Assembly: GCA_002269645.1 (NCBI GenBank)
Contig: NIVC01000754.1
Location: 62,001-126,000 of the forward strand
Source: Macrostomum lignano
Lineage: Eukaryota
Reading direction: 5' to 3'
Length of the DNA stretch: 64,000 bases
Each line of letters begins with the position of its first letter. Position 1 is the stretch's first letter. A model generated the notes under the pieces. It was not told the DNA's origin and did not search any database. It saw only the letters and a program-made list of their open reading frames with translations. Positions 9,251 through 20,221 of the stretch are shown one piece after another. Position numbers and translations under genes: made by a program.

Positions 9251-9867
9251 AGGAAAGGGTTGGCCAGTATACATTAGCCTCCCCCACTCCAGTTGTACAG
9301 CACTTCACACTGCAGGCACAGTGCTGGGCTGATTTCAATTCAAGCAAGCATATTACAAACATAAAACAGCAGCGGCTCCACCCAATTTCAGTGGCTTTCC
9401 CTGCGACAGAGTGCACCAACGCATTTAAATAGGCACTGTTTTCACACACTAGACAGCGATAGTTTGCATTTTTTGCAAAAAAGAAGCTCCAGACCGAGAG
9501 AGTAAGCAAACAAAAACCTGCGAATTGGCAAATTTTTAAAAGCATACGAGCCTATTATAATTTCAGTATCTTCTACTATGCATAAATGATTAAAAAACAG
9601 TTGCATTTCTATACCATCTCAAAAGTCAGACACAGCCATTTACATGCACAGTATACGCACAGCACCCACTATTTATTTTATTCATACGCGCTTCTCGTTT
9701 TCTGCTCCTACTGCTGCTTTATGCTTACATGAAATCCTATACATGTAGTTGCAATGCTCATCCTTCCCCCATACCTGCTACTCAGCGAAGGCTTGTAAGT
9801 TTTAGGCGATCAGGGCTCTAGGAGCCATCTCTCCAGTACGTAAACCAGTGAGATTGGCCACCCCTCT

Positions 9868-10075
9868 TATCTCCGCAGTGCTTAGCCGTCCCCAATGCAC
9901 AGAGATAGGGCTCATATCTCTGCAGTGTTAACCATCCCCATGTAAAGAGATAGGCCGCCTCTCCTCATATCTCTGCAGTGTTAACCATCCCAATGTAAAG
10001 AGATAGGGCGCCTCTCCTCCTATCTCTGCAGTGTTAACCATCCCCCAGTGTAAAGAGATAGGCCGTCCCTCCTAT
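9868..10075. repeat. Subterminal tandem repeats of the Maverick TIR (about 53 bp, 3 near-identical plus 1 degenerate copy)
   Basis: TATCTCTGCAGTGTTAACCATCCC..TGTAAAGAGATAGG at 9915, 9968 and 10021; degenerate copy at 9868. Confidence 0.9.
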
Positions 10076-10140
10076 CCCAATGCATTACCCCCTCCTCCTA
10101 TCTCCGCCCTGTCGGCCGTGTTCTGCTAACCCCTACTACT

Positions 10141-11355
10141 GATATGGTGTTGTTTTTTCGTTTTTTGCGCTTAGGGATCCTTTCCAGGCCTCTGTACCAC
10201 CCTAATACGGCTTGCTTTATTTGTCTGTCGTCTTCCATCCGTAGGACGTGGCCAATCCTTTTTAGGTGACTTTTCTCAATCTTTGTCCTTAATGACACAA
10301 CACCTAGTTCGTTGCGGATATCTTGCATATTTACTCCCAGGCTTTCCATTTCGCGCAGCGGTTCTATTCTCTTGCTGGACCAAATGTTGCGGTATGTTTT
10401 GTCGATGAACTGTTGCATTTTCTTGATTTCGCCGAGCAGGAACGGGCGGGTGTTCGCATGGAACAGGAGTACACTTTCCACGCACGCCTCGACCACTTTA
10501 GCTTGTGTGGTCTTTTTCAGGCGGCATCGATGGAACCTTTTCCTGATCGCATTCCACGCTTTGGCGGCTCTCTGTATTCTTTGCTGTGTGTCGTATCTCC
10601 TATCCATCCACGACCCTAGGATGCGAGTTTTACCTCCAACGGATGTTCCTAGGGCCATCTCCTCCTGTTTTTCGTCATTTGTCAGTTCTTCGAACTTCTT
10701 CATATTCTCTTTGGTCGTTGTTAGGCTTCTCGTCAGTTCTCTGTCATTGCCTAGGATGGTGGTGTCGTCTGCAAAGAGCGATGAGGTCCACTTGACCGTT
10801 CGAATCTCCGAGTTGTACTGGTTGATTCTCTGAGGTGGCAAGGAGTGGCCGGGTAAGTACGTCCATTCCACCCCGCAGCTTAATCCTCTGCTGGCCGCTT
10901 CTGTCTCTCGAGTTTCTTCCGCTTTCCTGATGCTCGCCTGGTGGTAAATGTGAAATAATATCGGGGAAGTTGGGCATCCCTCGCGTAAGCCTCGCTCGGG
11001 TAGCCATGTTTCGCTTGATTTCTCCTTGCCTTGCACTTTATACGCGGTATGTTCATGCAGGTCCTTCAGTTTTTCGATCGTCTCTTACGGCATCTTGTAC
11101 GCTTGGAGGATTCCCCACAGGATCGGCTTGCACACTCTCGGATATGCCTTACGGAGGTCTAGGAGGATTGCCGTTTCTGTATCTTCGATGTTGCAGTCTC
11201 CTGATGCTCTTTTTGCTTCGAGGTACTCGGCAATGTCCTCGTGCATCCTGGTGAATATCTGTGCGTTGTCCGCCGTCGATCTTCCACTTCGGAATCCGTT
11301 CTGGTTGTCATCTAACGCTCCTATCACTTCTGCCCAATTCCGGATTCTGGTAGCC
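10141..11355 (-). pseudogene. LINE reverse transcriptase (in-frame stop at 11085)
   Basis: QNGFRSGRST, LDLRKAYPRV, GLREGCPTSPILF, LFADDT, RILGSW, IGHVLRM. Confidence 0.92.
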
Positions 11356-11364
11356 TGGTGAAAT

Positions 11365-11442
11365 ACTGGCCGATTGTTCCCCCACCTTCACGAGGTGGCC
11401 AGTGGACAAGACCCGAAAAAGTCTTGGCAAAGAAGGGAGCAA
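11365..11442 (+). ncRNA. HDV-like self-cleaving ribozyme candidate at the LINE 5' end
   Basis: P1 ACTGGCC/GGCCAGT, P3 ACC/GGT, L3 TTCACGA (CPEB3 has UUCACGU), P4 CAAGAC/GTCTTG, J4/2 with C (GCAAA), P2 TTGTTCCC/GGGAGCAA. P2 register is slightly imperfect. Confidence 0.65.
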
Positions 11443-13320
11443 ACGAAAGGGACCATGGATCGAAGCCACTGGCGGAAGCCAGTACGACGACACCGGCCCT
11501 TTTCACTCGTGGTACCCAGAAGTAGCCGACCTGGGTACCGAGATTAACCAGGCAAAAACCAGTGGACAGCACAAAGGTAGAGAGCTAGAGGAACAGCAGA
11601 ACCGCACAAGACCAAGCCGAAAACAAAGGTCTGCGGAAGTGAAAGCACAGCTGACGACAGTAGAGAAGAACCCAGGACCAAACAGGAGGGAAAGACCAAA
11701 GAAAGAATCCGAAAACCCAAGAAAAAGCACAAAACGACCGAAACCTAAAAAGAGAAGAAAAGCAGACTAATCAGAAGAACCCGACGCCGTGGAACAAGAA
11801 GAACGAAGAAGATTAACAAACGCAGAGAAACATTAAACAACGAGCTAAGAATAACAACATGGAACGTCCAGCGGGCGAATGTGTTCGGCACGCGTTTTGG
11901 GGAGATCGCAAAAAAGATTATGAGAGAGAATCGGGAGGTAGCCCTCATCTCGGAGTTATCGGCACCGTCAGACGGAATAAGAAGTTACCACCAACCGAAA
12001 CAAAATTCGTTCCTGATTCACGGCAAGAAAACAGGCATCATCCTAAACCAGGAATTGTACCAGACGTGGAAGGACAGCGGATCAAAAAAGAAGATTACGA
12101 ACAGAGCGATCATGATAGAAATATATGACGCGACATTGATCAGCGTGTACTGCCCAGTCAGAGGCACTCCGGACTACGAAACGGAACTAGCGGAGCTCAG
12201 AAACACCCTGGAACGTTATATTCATAATGAAAGAAAGAACAAGCCAATCATCATTGGCGGTGACATGAACGCACAGATTGGCAAATTTTAAAGCACAGAC
12301 GCGCAACATCGGGGAAAGTTTGGCTTAGCACTGACCAACCAGCAGGGCGAAGACCTCGCAAACTGGTTAGTGACAAATGATCTAGCCTGGATCAACTCGT
12401 TCCACAAGTCAAAAAACCGGGGAACCTGGAGAAATCCAAGCACCGGCACGTGGTATGAGATAGACGGCTTCATAACTCGCGCGCAGGACAGACACCGCCT
12501 GGTCAAAACGATAAAGAACCACAACAAGTGCAACTTGTCGGACCACCTGCCCAAAACCGTCATAATCCGGGGCTGGACACGGAACAAGTACGTCAAGGAC
12601 CAGACGAGACGCAGGCGGAAGAACATCGACTGGAGGAAACTCCACGACGAGAACAAGGCATCTGAGTTAAAAAAAAGAAATACTAACAAGATTCGAAGGA
12701 CTAAGAGAGAAGCAGGACAGGAACCTCACAGACATGAAATGGACAGACGTTCAAAACTCAATCTGCATCGACAGCGCACGGCACGTATGCGGCACGGTGA
12801 CACGAGTAACGAACCCGTGGATGGCCCCCCACCTGTACGAACACGAGGCACAACAAAGAGAGCTGGCAGAAACGCTGGCCTATCGCAACGCATGCGTCAG
12901 AGAAGACCCCACCTCGGCGGCGACGACCCTAGCCCGCCTAGCGACTACAACTATCCGAAAAAAGATAAAAAAGAAGCTCGCGGAATGGGAGGAAAACTGG
13001 TGGGACGCAATCGCTGAGGAATGCAGAAATGCCGCGGATAGAGGCCAGATCGCAGTGGTCTATGAGAAATTAAGGATGTTGGACAAGCGAGGAAAGTGGA
13101 ACAACAGCGGAACAGACACCAACTTTGACGAAGATGACTTTAAGAACCATTTGGAAAGAATCCAAGGGACTAGATTGGAAAACCCGGAAACCGAAACAGC
13201 CGAACTGATCAGATCAATCAAAACCATGAAGGAACCGGAAGACACGGAAAAGACAAGAACACAACTGACGACAGTCCCAACGGACCTTGAAATAGAAGCA
13301 GCCATTAAAGAAATGAAAGA
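11402..13320 (+). pseudogene. LINE N-terminal region: 2A-like motif, APE endonuclease and linker (frameshifted)
   Basis: VEKNPGP (11651-11680), ITTWNV, LISEL, ISVYCP, GGDMNAQIG, GTWRNP..WYEIDG, LSDH, ..EIEAAIKEMK. Confidence 0.9.
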
Positions 13321-13713
13321 CCGTCTTTCATTTCAGGACTTCTGCGTCTTCTGCGTCTTCTTCGTCATCGCCGTCACCCGTCCGCCCAGAATGTTCGACC
13401 AGATTCTCCAAGAACTCGAAATTGCCGGCAACGCCAGACCAGCTGAAAGAATGGCCATGTGCCCGGACGTCCCCATCATCCGGGCTGTTCTTGTTCCAGA
13501 CGGGCATCCTGCTAGTTGCCTAAGAACAGCTCTCTGCCCTTGTTTAGCCAGAGCCAGCTCGCACAGTGGCAGAACGTCAAATAGAGTCCGAATTTTTCGT
13601 TGGAGAAAATTCGGCTCTGTATTTCCGTCCAGGAGATCGCTGTGCTCTCTTCGTGCATGGCCTGCCAGGAAACACGCAGCAGCGCGTAGAAAGAATCCGG
13701 CAACAATTGCTTG

Positions 13714-13790
13714 CACCGGCAGACGTGCAAAACGGCCCGCCACCGGCAGACGTGCAAAACGGCCCTCCACCGGCAGACGTACCGGCAGAA
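13714..13790 (+). repeat. 27-bp tandem repeat (about 2.5 copies, PADVQNGPP)
   Basis: CACCGGCAGACGTGCAAAACGGCCC at 13714 and 13741; partial copy at 13768. Confidence 0.85.
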
Positions 13791-13799
13791 TCGGTTGGT

Positions 13800-14354
13800 A
13801 GGCATTGATACAATCGGCTATTTACCGGTAGACGCCAGAAAAAAGCTGACAAGCAAGTTGGATATGACTGTCGAGTGCTGCGGTGTCTTCTGCTCTGTTG
13901 GAGGCTTCCCGTACTTTGAAGAGCAAGACAGGACAGAATTATATTGGACAAAATAAACTGCCTCAACCTGTATCTTGTATAAACATTAAAACGGCCTCTG
14001 CATTCAGAAAACTTATTCGCTTTAGAACGGTAGATTTATGCATTGACATAAATACGAATACTTTGTTCTGCTGTCATAATTAATTTTATACCAGAGCGGA
14101 GCTGCTTCAAGCAGTCGCAGATGCCCAGCCTCATGGTCTCGTCGACTCTGCCGACCTCCTGGAGCATCGCCGCCCAAACAGCTCTGGACTGCCTGATCCC
14201 GTGCGAGGCCTCAGCTGACTGCCAGGCTGTGATTTTCTCTGGCCAGCAGCGCCTGTGCCACCTGCTGAGGTTCGCCTACCCGCCTGCCAGTCTGAGCAAC
14301 ACCGATGGAGACTTTTTGTGCGCGGCTGAGTCTGCTCGAAGTAAGAAAGTTTAA
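13800..14354 (+). pseudogene. WSC-PAN copy A: truncated exon 1 (13800-13919) plus exon 2 (14095-14354)
   Basis: GIDTIG..VDARKKLTSK.DMTVE.C..FC..GGFPYF fragment lacking start and splice donor. PAN exon after TACCAG acceptor, with a 1-nt deletion near the stop. Confidence 0.85.
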
Positions 14355-15560
14355 AAAACTGCAAATACTTCGTAAAATATATTTTACTGCTCATCTAACG
14401 CCAAAAAAATAAATCCCTATACTTTTGGAGAATAAGCTAAGTAGTACACTTGTATCGGAGCATTTGATGACCACTAGACTCCAAATTGACAGCCGAGAAA
14501 GGGTCACACGTAGGGCAGAGGCAAGGCAAAAATTCACGGCAGAGGCGGGTCATGACTTGAGCAAGTCGCAACTGGCGTTGGCGCGCATGTAAGATGTCAT
14601 CTTTTTGAGTGGTGAAGCTGCTTTGCCCCGACAAATTACACCTGCTTGTCACTGCTAGTTCGAGGGCAAGTGCTAGTGCTGGGAACTGCCTTAGGCATAG
14701 ACTCGATCAAATCCTCTAACACCAAAATAACCTAGAGTAGAGCCCTTATTTGCTACCATCAGTCAGCAAAAATTTTTTTGAGTTCAATTTTTAGTGCACT
14801 TTGATGAGAGCTTTGCCAGCTGTTCAGCTTTATTGTTCGCTGAGTCTGGTGAAGCCCTGACAACTGATAGATGAGAGTGCAAGGATGCGATGCAAACAGC
14901 GCATTGTCTCCGGTTTAAAGCAGCTCTGAATAGAAATATACTGACTGTAAGAAGAGTTTAACATCTTTTTCGAATCTTATAGTCAAGTGAGCACAGAATT
15001 AAAGCCTTAACGCATCTTAAAAGCTTCGCTGAATGATTGACAGGAAGTAGTGAAGTAGTTTTATGGCCATAATTTTCTTTTTGCAAAGTAGCAAAAAACT
15101 CAAGCAAACTAACTTTCATAGATGCGGCGGTTTGTCCACTAATTTCCATTCGTTTTGGTGGAGTTCGGTTTAAGCCTGGATTTAAATAGACGATGAAAAT
15201 CACATCAGATTATCTACTGCCATGCTAGATAAAAGGCTAGTACAACTAATTCTGTCTCTTATCAGGGCTAGGAAAACTGTGAAAATTCAAATAAAGAGCA
15301 CTTCGAAGGCTATTCAAAATTGAAAGCATTTCTTTTGTCTTGCCTTCTTTCTAGCTTCTTTGATGAACGTCTGGATTGAGGGCCGCACCCAGTTATTATT
15401 CGCAAATTTGTCACAATTGATGATGAAATATAGATGCACTTTTTCATGAACTTTAAAACATGACTCTTCTCTGTTGTTTTCAAGTTTAAAATATATTTTC
15501 AGATTCTCTATAAAAATCTAGTTTAAATAACCGATGCCAATCGGTCAATCAGTCAGAAAA

Positions 15561-16501
15561 TCATCCACGCAGGAAAAAGTCTCCGTCGGTGCTGCTCAGA
15601 CTGGCAGGCGGGTAGGCGAACCTCAGCAGGTGGCACAGGCGCTGCTGGCCAGAGAAAATCACAGCCTGGCAGTCAGCTGAGGCCTCGCACGGGATCAGGC
15701 AGTCCAGAGCTGTTTGGGCGGCGAGGCTCCAGGAGGTCGGTAGAGCCGACGAGACCGTGAGGCTGGGCATCTGCGACTGCTTGAAGCAGCTCCGCTCTGA
15801 AGCAAACAAACAGGGCTAGTTTTAGTGCAGAAAGCATCTCACTTGAACAGTAACATCCCGAATCTTGAGTTCGGTTTCTTAAAGCTGCTCAAGTATAATC
15901 CAAGTATAGGCTTCACAACATCAATCATAAACTCGGACTCAGATAGACTGCAGGTTTCTTGCAATCGCCATTGAAGTCTTGTTGTCATGTACTCGCATCT
16001 CCAATTCATCACTTGACTGCTTGAGCGTCTACCAGAAATAGACAATCAATTCTGATTGAGTGCAATCTGAGTGCAAGAAAACTCACTCGGGTAGGTCAGA
16101 GCGAACACCGAATTTCGCCAAGAGCCTCCACAGATCTGGCTGGAGTTTCCGTTGCAAGGTCTATCGCAGTCGCTTTCCTTGGCAGTTCCGACCGAGCCGA
16201 AGTCCCAGCTGCAGAAACAGGCCCATGCGTTCTGCAACCCGAAGTACAGGAAGCCTCCAAGTGCGCAAAAGCTGCTGCAGAAGTCCTGAGTCATGCTGCC
16301 GCTTTTCACCCTTAGTTCCGAAACGGAGATTTCGCCAATCCTCTTAATTCCCGATAAGCCTCTCATGTCCCTGGCGCTGTTGTCCATGAAGCAGCCAATG
16401 TAGGAGACTTGACTGACTCGACCAGCGGTGACGCCAATGACAAGCAGGAGAGAGCAGCAGGCAGCTGCCAAGACTGCTGGGCGATTGCCAAGAGGAGACA
16501 T
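15561..16501 (-). CDS. WSC-PAN copy B, secreted 216-aa protein; exons 16087-16501 and 15561-15796
   Basis: Signal peptide; WSC motif YIGCF.D..R..MT..FC..FC....Y.GLQ...CFC..DC...C.GN..Q.CGG.W. GTGAGT donor and TTCAG acceptor, phase 1. PAN-like C-x3-C-x5-C..C exon. TATA near 16545. Confidence 0.9.
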
Positions 16502-17246
16502 CTTGGTGTCTTCTTCTAGAGCTGAGAACTCTTGTCCCTGATTTATATACTACGAGCGTACAGCCTCATAGGCTGCATTTTTTCTTCGCCTCTTTTATCT
16601 ACTCCTGCTCTGAGTAGAGCTTATTCCGTGTCCAAATTGAAACGGGCATTGCCTGTATTCAAACTACGCGGCTCAACCAGAAATGTTTGATGAATAAGTA
16701 TTCGTTTAGTATTTATATTTTTGCACTCGAATGGAAGTTAGGGTTATTGACGCAGTTGATTATATTCAATACAGTGCATGTACAGTTTACATTGCTACTG
16801 CGCTGATCTGACAAGTTTTTAAGGTTGAAATTTGCAAGGTTTAATATTATAATATTCAAGCAAAGCTTTGGCCTAAGTTTGGCATAAAGCTTTAGGCATC
16901 CATTCTTAGCCCCAACAATTCAAAGCAGAAACTTATCTACTTCTGCTACTATTGTCTTCATATCTTCATGAGGCCAGTCGTACATGTTTTTCTCCTTTAC
17001 AGCCATTTTGTCACCCTGCTGACTTGCTTTAGCTGAAATATACTGAATTAAAAAAGTTTTTAACATCTTCTCGAGTCAAAAATAGTCAAGTGAGCACAGA
17101 AGTAAAGCTTTAACTCGAATTAAAGAGGTTGGCTGAATGATTGACAGTAGGGAGTGAAGTAAGTAGTTTTACGGCCATAATTTTCGTTTTGAAGTAGTAA
17201 AACAGTCAAGCAAATTAAATTAGATGCGGTGGTTTAGCTAATAATT

Positions 17247-18232
17247 TGTGGCGGCCCAATCAGCACGCAGCCAGCGATTGCGAGTACATCTGCACTGAAA
17301 CCCCCTGCCCGCCAGGCTGGGGGGTGGGTGTACTCGGACAGACAGTGAGTATGCTAAGTCGGGGGGTTGGCCTTCAATCGTGCCACCTTTTTGGCGCACC
17401 TCCCCATGTGATCGCGTGCTTATTTATACTTACCGCGTAAAGCAAATAAACTTTCACTTTTCTCGCTTGCAACTTACTTCGTTTTCGCAAGCCGCTAAAT
17501 TGGTGAGCCCGACATAGCTATTTCGTGCAATGGCTTCCAACACAGAGGCAGCTGTCTCTCTAAAACTGCGCAGCTCAACCCCGCGCATGGTTCATTCAAG
17601 CCGAAGCCCAGTTTTCTCTGCGCGGAATCACGCAAGATGCGACCAAGTACAACTACTTGGTGGCAGCGCTCGACCAGCAAACGGCTGAACGCCTCCTCGA
17701 CATTTTAGAGGCTCCCCCAGCAGAGGGCAAGTACGAGACGCTGAAGCAACGTCTCAAAGGCACCTTCGACTTGACGAGGCAGCAGAGGGCCAGTCGCCTG
17801 CTCAACATGACCGGCCTCGGTGATCGGCGGCCATCAGAACTCATGGATGAGATGCTCGCCCTGCTGGGAGACCACCCACCGTGCCTGCTCTTCGAAGAGT
17901 TGTTCCGCCAGCAGCTGCCGCCGGACGTGCGCATGGCCATGGCAACCGCCGACTTCGCGGAGCCTCTGCAAGCAGCGCAGCTCGCCGACAGGCTGTGGGC
18001 CAGCAGGCCGCAGTTCACCGCTGCCTCCGTCCAGCAGCCAGCGGTGGCGACCTCCCCACCGCCTGACCAGCCGGCGGTGGCTTCGGCCAGCAGGAGCAGC
18101 CGCCCGGCCCGGCAGCATCGGCCCCCACAGCGCGGTCAGGACAGCGGGCTGTGCTTTTATCATCGCCGGTTCGGCACGAAGGCCCATCGCTGCGAGGCAC
18201 CCTGCAACTTCCGGGGAAACGGGCAGGCCGTC
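17247..18232 (+). mobile_element. gag: Truncated Gypsy-type element: 5' LTR (17247-17499), PBS and gag
   Basis: TGTGGCGGC...GCCGCTA(A)A LTR, TGGTGAGCCC PBS. Frameshifted gag from ATG 17530: AVSLKL/PRAWFIQAEAQF..TKYNYLVAAL..LGDRRPSELMDEM..CFYHRRFG..A..C..PC. Confidence 0.85.
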
Positions 18233-18357
18233 TATTTTTTGGTGGAGTTCGGCTCGAACCTGGATACTATTGCAATAAAAAGCCGATGAAAGACATCTCA
18301 GATTACTCTGCTGCAATGCACTGTGTCAGGTTAGTAAAGCTAACTTTGTTTCTATAT

Positions 18358-18685
18358 CAGTGGTTCGCAAACATGCGGCCAACGAAGCCTCTCTATTCGA
18401 CCCTCGGGTCCTTTGAAAATTCACAATGGCCATCCGGGCCTGCAGAAGGCTTCCGTCCCTTCTTAGCTCTCTTCTCTCCTCTCCCCTCTTTTCTCCCCTT
18501 TTCTGTACTTTCATCTCTCATCTTATCTTTCATCTCTCCTCTCTTCTCTCCTCTGTCGCTCTCATCTTTTTTTCTTCTTTTTCTTATCTCGGATCTCTTC
18601 CTCTCTCCTTTCTTTCTCATTTGGCCCGCAGCCGTGAGCTTGATTCTTTGCCTGACCCTTGGAGTAAAAACGTTGCCGACCCCTG
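18358..18685 (+). mobile_element. hAT/Charlie-like MITE
   Basis: Ends CAGTGGTTCGCAAAC and GTTGCCGACCCCTG; flanks ttCTATAT/aaCTATAT (degenerate 8-bp TSD); CT-rich interior. Confidence 0.65.
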
Positions 18686-19357
18686 AACTATATGGAAAAG
18701 TAAAGAGAAGAAGCAAGATAAAATGCAAAAAAATCCAAAAATCTAAATGCCATGCGGTCATTCTTTATTTTTGTAATATCAAGAAAACAGTAAATTACCA
18801 TTTCGTAATATTTAAATCTATATATTTTAAATTTTAGTCGCAAAATTTGTCGATAAATGCAAGCAAAAAATCCGAGCTAAAACCTCAACTCGGAGCAGCC
18901 TCAAAGCAGGCTCAGAAGAGCTTGAGACTTAACCAGAACCACCACTGAAAAGAAGATACATCTCCGAGGGAGAAGTAAACCAATTGGTAAGCCTTTGTTA
19001 GAGTCTTTGTTAGTTGATTATTGAGAGCTTTGTTATTGCCGGCCGTAACTGATCAGTTGATTTCTACTGAGTTTATTGAATTTGAGGCCTCCCTATTCCT
19101 AAGGGATTTGATAGCATCTGCGGACCCATTCCGATACTCTTAGAGAATTATTGTTTTGATTGATTTTGGTACCCTAGAGTAACCAATAGGGGCACACAAA
19201 TCCAATTCCGTTATTTCTAGAAGCAGACGCCCTTTCTGGAGGACCTCGTCTTAGAGTTTACTTTGATATTAGGGCGCATCTCTGATACTGATTTCTGCAC
19301 TCGAGAAATATATTGAGTTCTGCACTCGATGAATACGTCGACGGACTAAATTGTTAT

Positions 19358-19531
19358 GCTCTCATATTCGGCCGACTTTTAGAATTCAAGAAGACTACTA
19401 CGAAGGAAAACAACAAGCTCAACGAACATGCCCAATAAATAGGAGGAGCCCGCACCAGTAAGTGATCACTGAATTTCGTTCCCAAGATTGAGGTCTGGAA
19501 GTGGGAGCTCGTGCATTTAGACACTAGACTT

Positions 19532-19600
<69 letters not shown>

Positions 19601-19631
19601 CCTTCTCTCTAGTGCGCTAAAGCGAACTCTT
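19358..19631 (+). repeat. Interspersed repeat with internal (TC)n tract; inverted homolog at about 21850-22090
   Basis: GGAGCCCGC..AGTAAGTGATCACT..GGTCTGGAAGTGGGAG..TTAGACACT..AATTCTCTCTC is shared in opposite orientations; (TC)n at about 19535-19597. Confidence 0.75.
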
Positions 19632-19740
19632 CATTCCGTCGCCTCGATCGTCTGTTCCTTGGAACAAAATTGCTGGTTCGGACTGGCTGCGGCTCGAAGC
19701 GGCAGTGCTTCTGCAGCAGATACTACGGTCGTTTGAGAAT

Positions 19741-20221
19741 AACCAATGAAACAGCTTGCAATTATCCTTGCTCAGGAAACTCGAGTCAGGTGTGCGAAGG
19801 TTATTGGCGCAACTCGGTGTTCGCTCTGACCTAGCCCAGTGAGTGTTTAATGTCGTCTTGAGTTGCTAAAGGTTGAAAACCCTTTTAAATAATTTAATAC
19901 GAACTACTATATTGGTCTACGCATTGAAAAATCGAAAACTGTTTTGTTGTCACGTGTCCTGCTGTCGCCATACATTTTATTCCAGAGCGGAGCTGCTTCA
20001 AGCAGTTGCAGATGCCCAGCCTCAACGTCTCGTTGACCCTGTCGACCTCCTGGAGCCTCGCCGCCCAAACAGCTCTGGACTGCCTGATTCCGTGCGAGGC
20101 CTCAGCTGACTGTCAGGCTGTGATTTTCTCTGGCCAGCAGCGCCTGTGCCACCTGCTGAGGTTCGCCTACCCGCCTGCCAGTCTGAGCAGCACCGATGGA
20201 GACTTCTTCGTTCGCAGCTGA
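19741..20221 (+). pseudogene. WSC-PAN copy C: 3' remnant of exon 1 (with TAG) plus exon 2 (19986-20221)
   Basis: NETAC..C.GNSSQVCEGYWRNSVFALT*; GTGAGT donor; PAN exon intact; promoter and 5' exon deleted relative to copy I. Confidence 0.85.

Larger units (their letters stand above)
1..10140. mobile_element. Polinton/Maverick (adintovirus-like) element, left part outside window
   Basis: Cluster of pPolB, FtsK-like ATPase, cysteine protease, MCP, mCP and RVE integrase. Ends ...CCCCTACTACT at 10140, the canonical Polinton AGTAGT...ACTACT terminus, followed by unrelated LINE sequence. Confidence 0.95.
10141..13320. mobile_element. RTE-like non-LTR retrotransposon, 5'-inverted, interrupted by the Maverick near its 3' end
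   Basis: APE endonuclease on + (11860-12600) and RT on - (10141-11355). Confidence 0.88.

Noticed and set aside
9868-10075. CRISPR-like array of palindromic repeats
   Set aside because: Units are tandem without unique spacers, lie in the Maverick TIR, and have no cas genes; the context is eukaryotic.
12734-13801. 355-aa ORF as a real protein
   Set aside because: LINE linker read-through into unrelated flank at 13321.
14131-14394. Recurrent antisense ORF (SLHRCCSDWQAGRR..) opposite every PAN exon
   Set aside because: It stays open only because the exons are nearly identical; starts and lengths are inconsistent between copies.
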